From an uncultured delta proteobacterium (GTDB lineage: Bacteria > Desulfobacterota > Syntrophobacteria > BM002), in contig CAVQGX010000018.1 of the NCBI GenBank assembly GCA_963712115.1, positions 64,001 to 128,000 of the forward strand: a DNA stretch of 64,000 bases. Direction: 5' to 3'. Shown here piece by piece: positions 63,153 through 64,000 of this stretch. The notes beneath the pieces were generated by a model. The model saw only the letters and a list, made by a program, of their open reading frames with translations, was not told where the DNA came from and ran no database searches. Position 1 is the stretch's first letter. Every line of letters begins with the position of its first letter. The position numbers and the translations under genes were made by a program.

Positions 63153-64000
63153 ATGGCAATGAATATCTCAAAAACCGGCCATCTCAAGCAGTACGGGAGA
63201 GGCCTTTTTCTAATTGCTATGGTGGCCTTGTTATTCTTATCTATGGGGCCAACTTTCAGCACGGGGGCAGAGACGGGGGTGCAACCCTACCCAAACGCCC
63301 CTGCTTCGTTCACGGAACTGGTGAAACGAGTCGGACCCGAAGTGGTGAACATCTCCACCACCAAGGTCATCAAAAGAGGGCCGATGCCAAGGCAGTTCGG
63401 CAACGAAGGACCCTGGAGAGACTTTTTTGGGGATGATTTTTTTGAACGTTTTTTTGGGCAGATGCCCAGGGAGCGTAAACAGCGTAGTCTGGGTTCAGGG
63501 GTTATCATAGATCCCCAAAAGGGTTACATTCTCACCAACAACCATGTTATATCCGGTGCCGACGAAATCACAGTTCGTCTAGATGATGGCAAAGAGTACA
63601 ATGCTGATGTGGTGGGCAGAGATCCAAAGACAGACCTGGCTTTGATACGAACCAAAGTTGCCCTGAATGTCGAGGTTGGGGCACCATTGGGAGACTCTGA
63701 CAAAGTCGAGATTGGCGAGTGGGTTATGGCCATCGGTAACCCCTTTGGGCTCGAGCGTACAGTGACTGTAGGTATTCTGAGTGCCAAGGGCAGGGTCATT
63801 GGAGCCGGGCCTTACGATGATTTTCTCCAGACTGACGCAGCGATCAATCCCGGCAACAGCGGTGGTCCCCTATTTAACATGAAAGGTGAAGTCATAGGAA
63901 TCAACACAGCAATCGTAGCCAGTGGCCAGGGTATTGGTTTCGCCATTCCCATCAACATGGCCAAAGAGTTGCTGCCCCAATTGGAAAAGGGCAAGGTCAC
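63153..64000 (+). CDS. DegP/HtrA (protease Do) serine protease, truncated by the window end
   Basis: Manual translation: signal peptide, [36 protein letters not shown]. Confidence 0.95.
   Translation, partial: MAMNISKTGHLKQYGRGLFLIAMVALLFLSMGPTFSTGAETGVQPYPNAPASFTELVKRVGPEVVNISTTKVIKRGPMPRQFGNEGPWRDFFGDDFFERFFGQMPRERKQRSLGSGVIIDPQKGYILTNNHVISGADEITVRLDDGKEYNADVVGRDPKTDLALIRTKVALNVEVGAPLGDSDKVEIGEWVMAIGNPFGLERTVTVGILSAKGRVIGAGPYDDFLQTDAAINPGNSGGPLFNMKGEVIGINTAIVASGQGIGFAIPINMAKELLPQLEKGKV

Overview
Bacterial chromosome segment whose gene content (rubredoxin, sigma54 two-component systems, CFI-box-CTERM protein, TIGR03545/6 pair) suggests an anaerobic Desulfobacterota/deltaproteobacterium; this is an inference. 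Positions 1-~7.95 kb are the end of an integrated phage or satellite-like element: lambda O-like initiator with internal iterons, DnaB, Xis/AlpA-like and RHH regulators, a C4-like RNA, and frameshifted virion-ejection-like genes. An intact IS110 follows at 8041-9195. Its CT cores, junction promoter and bridge-RNA guides can be read directly, and it sits in a chromosomal heptamer repeat. The rest is mostly housekeeping and signalling: GAF-PilB ATPase, two-component systems, CDF, radical SAM, TtcA, RidA, RtcA, a carboxylase pair, FabD, a purine/MTA salvage cluster, an APC permease, two CLC genes around a sigma54 system, Pcm and DegP. An uncharacterised five-gene operon (membrane protein, metallophosphoesterase, helical protein, lipoprotein, patatin) lies at 52-58 kb. 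Intergenic regions carry degenerate 7-9-mer arrays and a ~195-bp MITE family. No CRISPR array, tRNA or rRNA was seen. Family assignments are from motif recognition by eye, not database searches.
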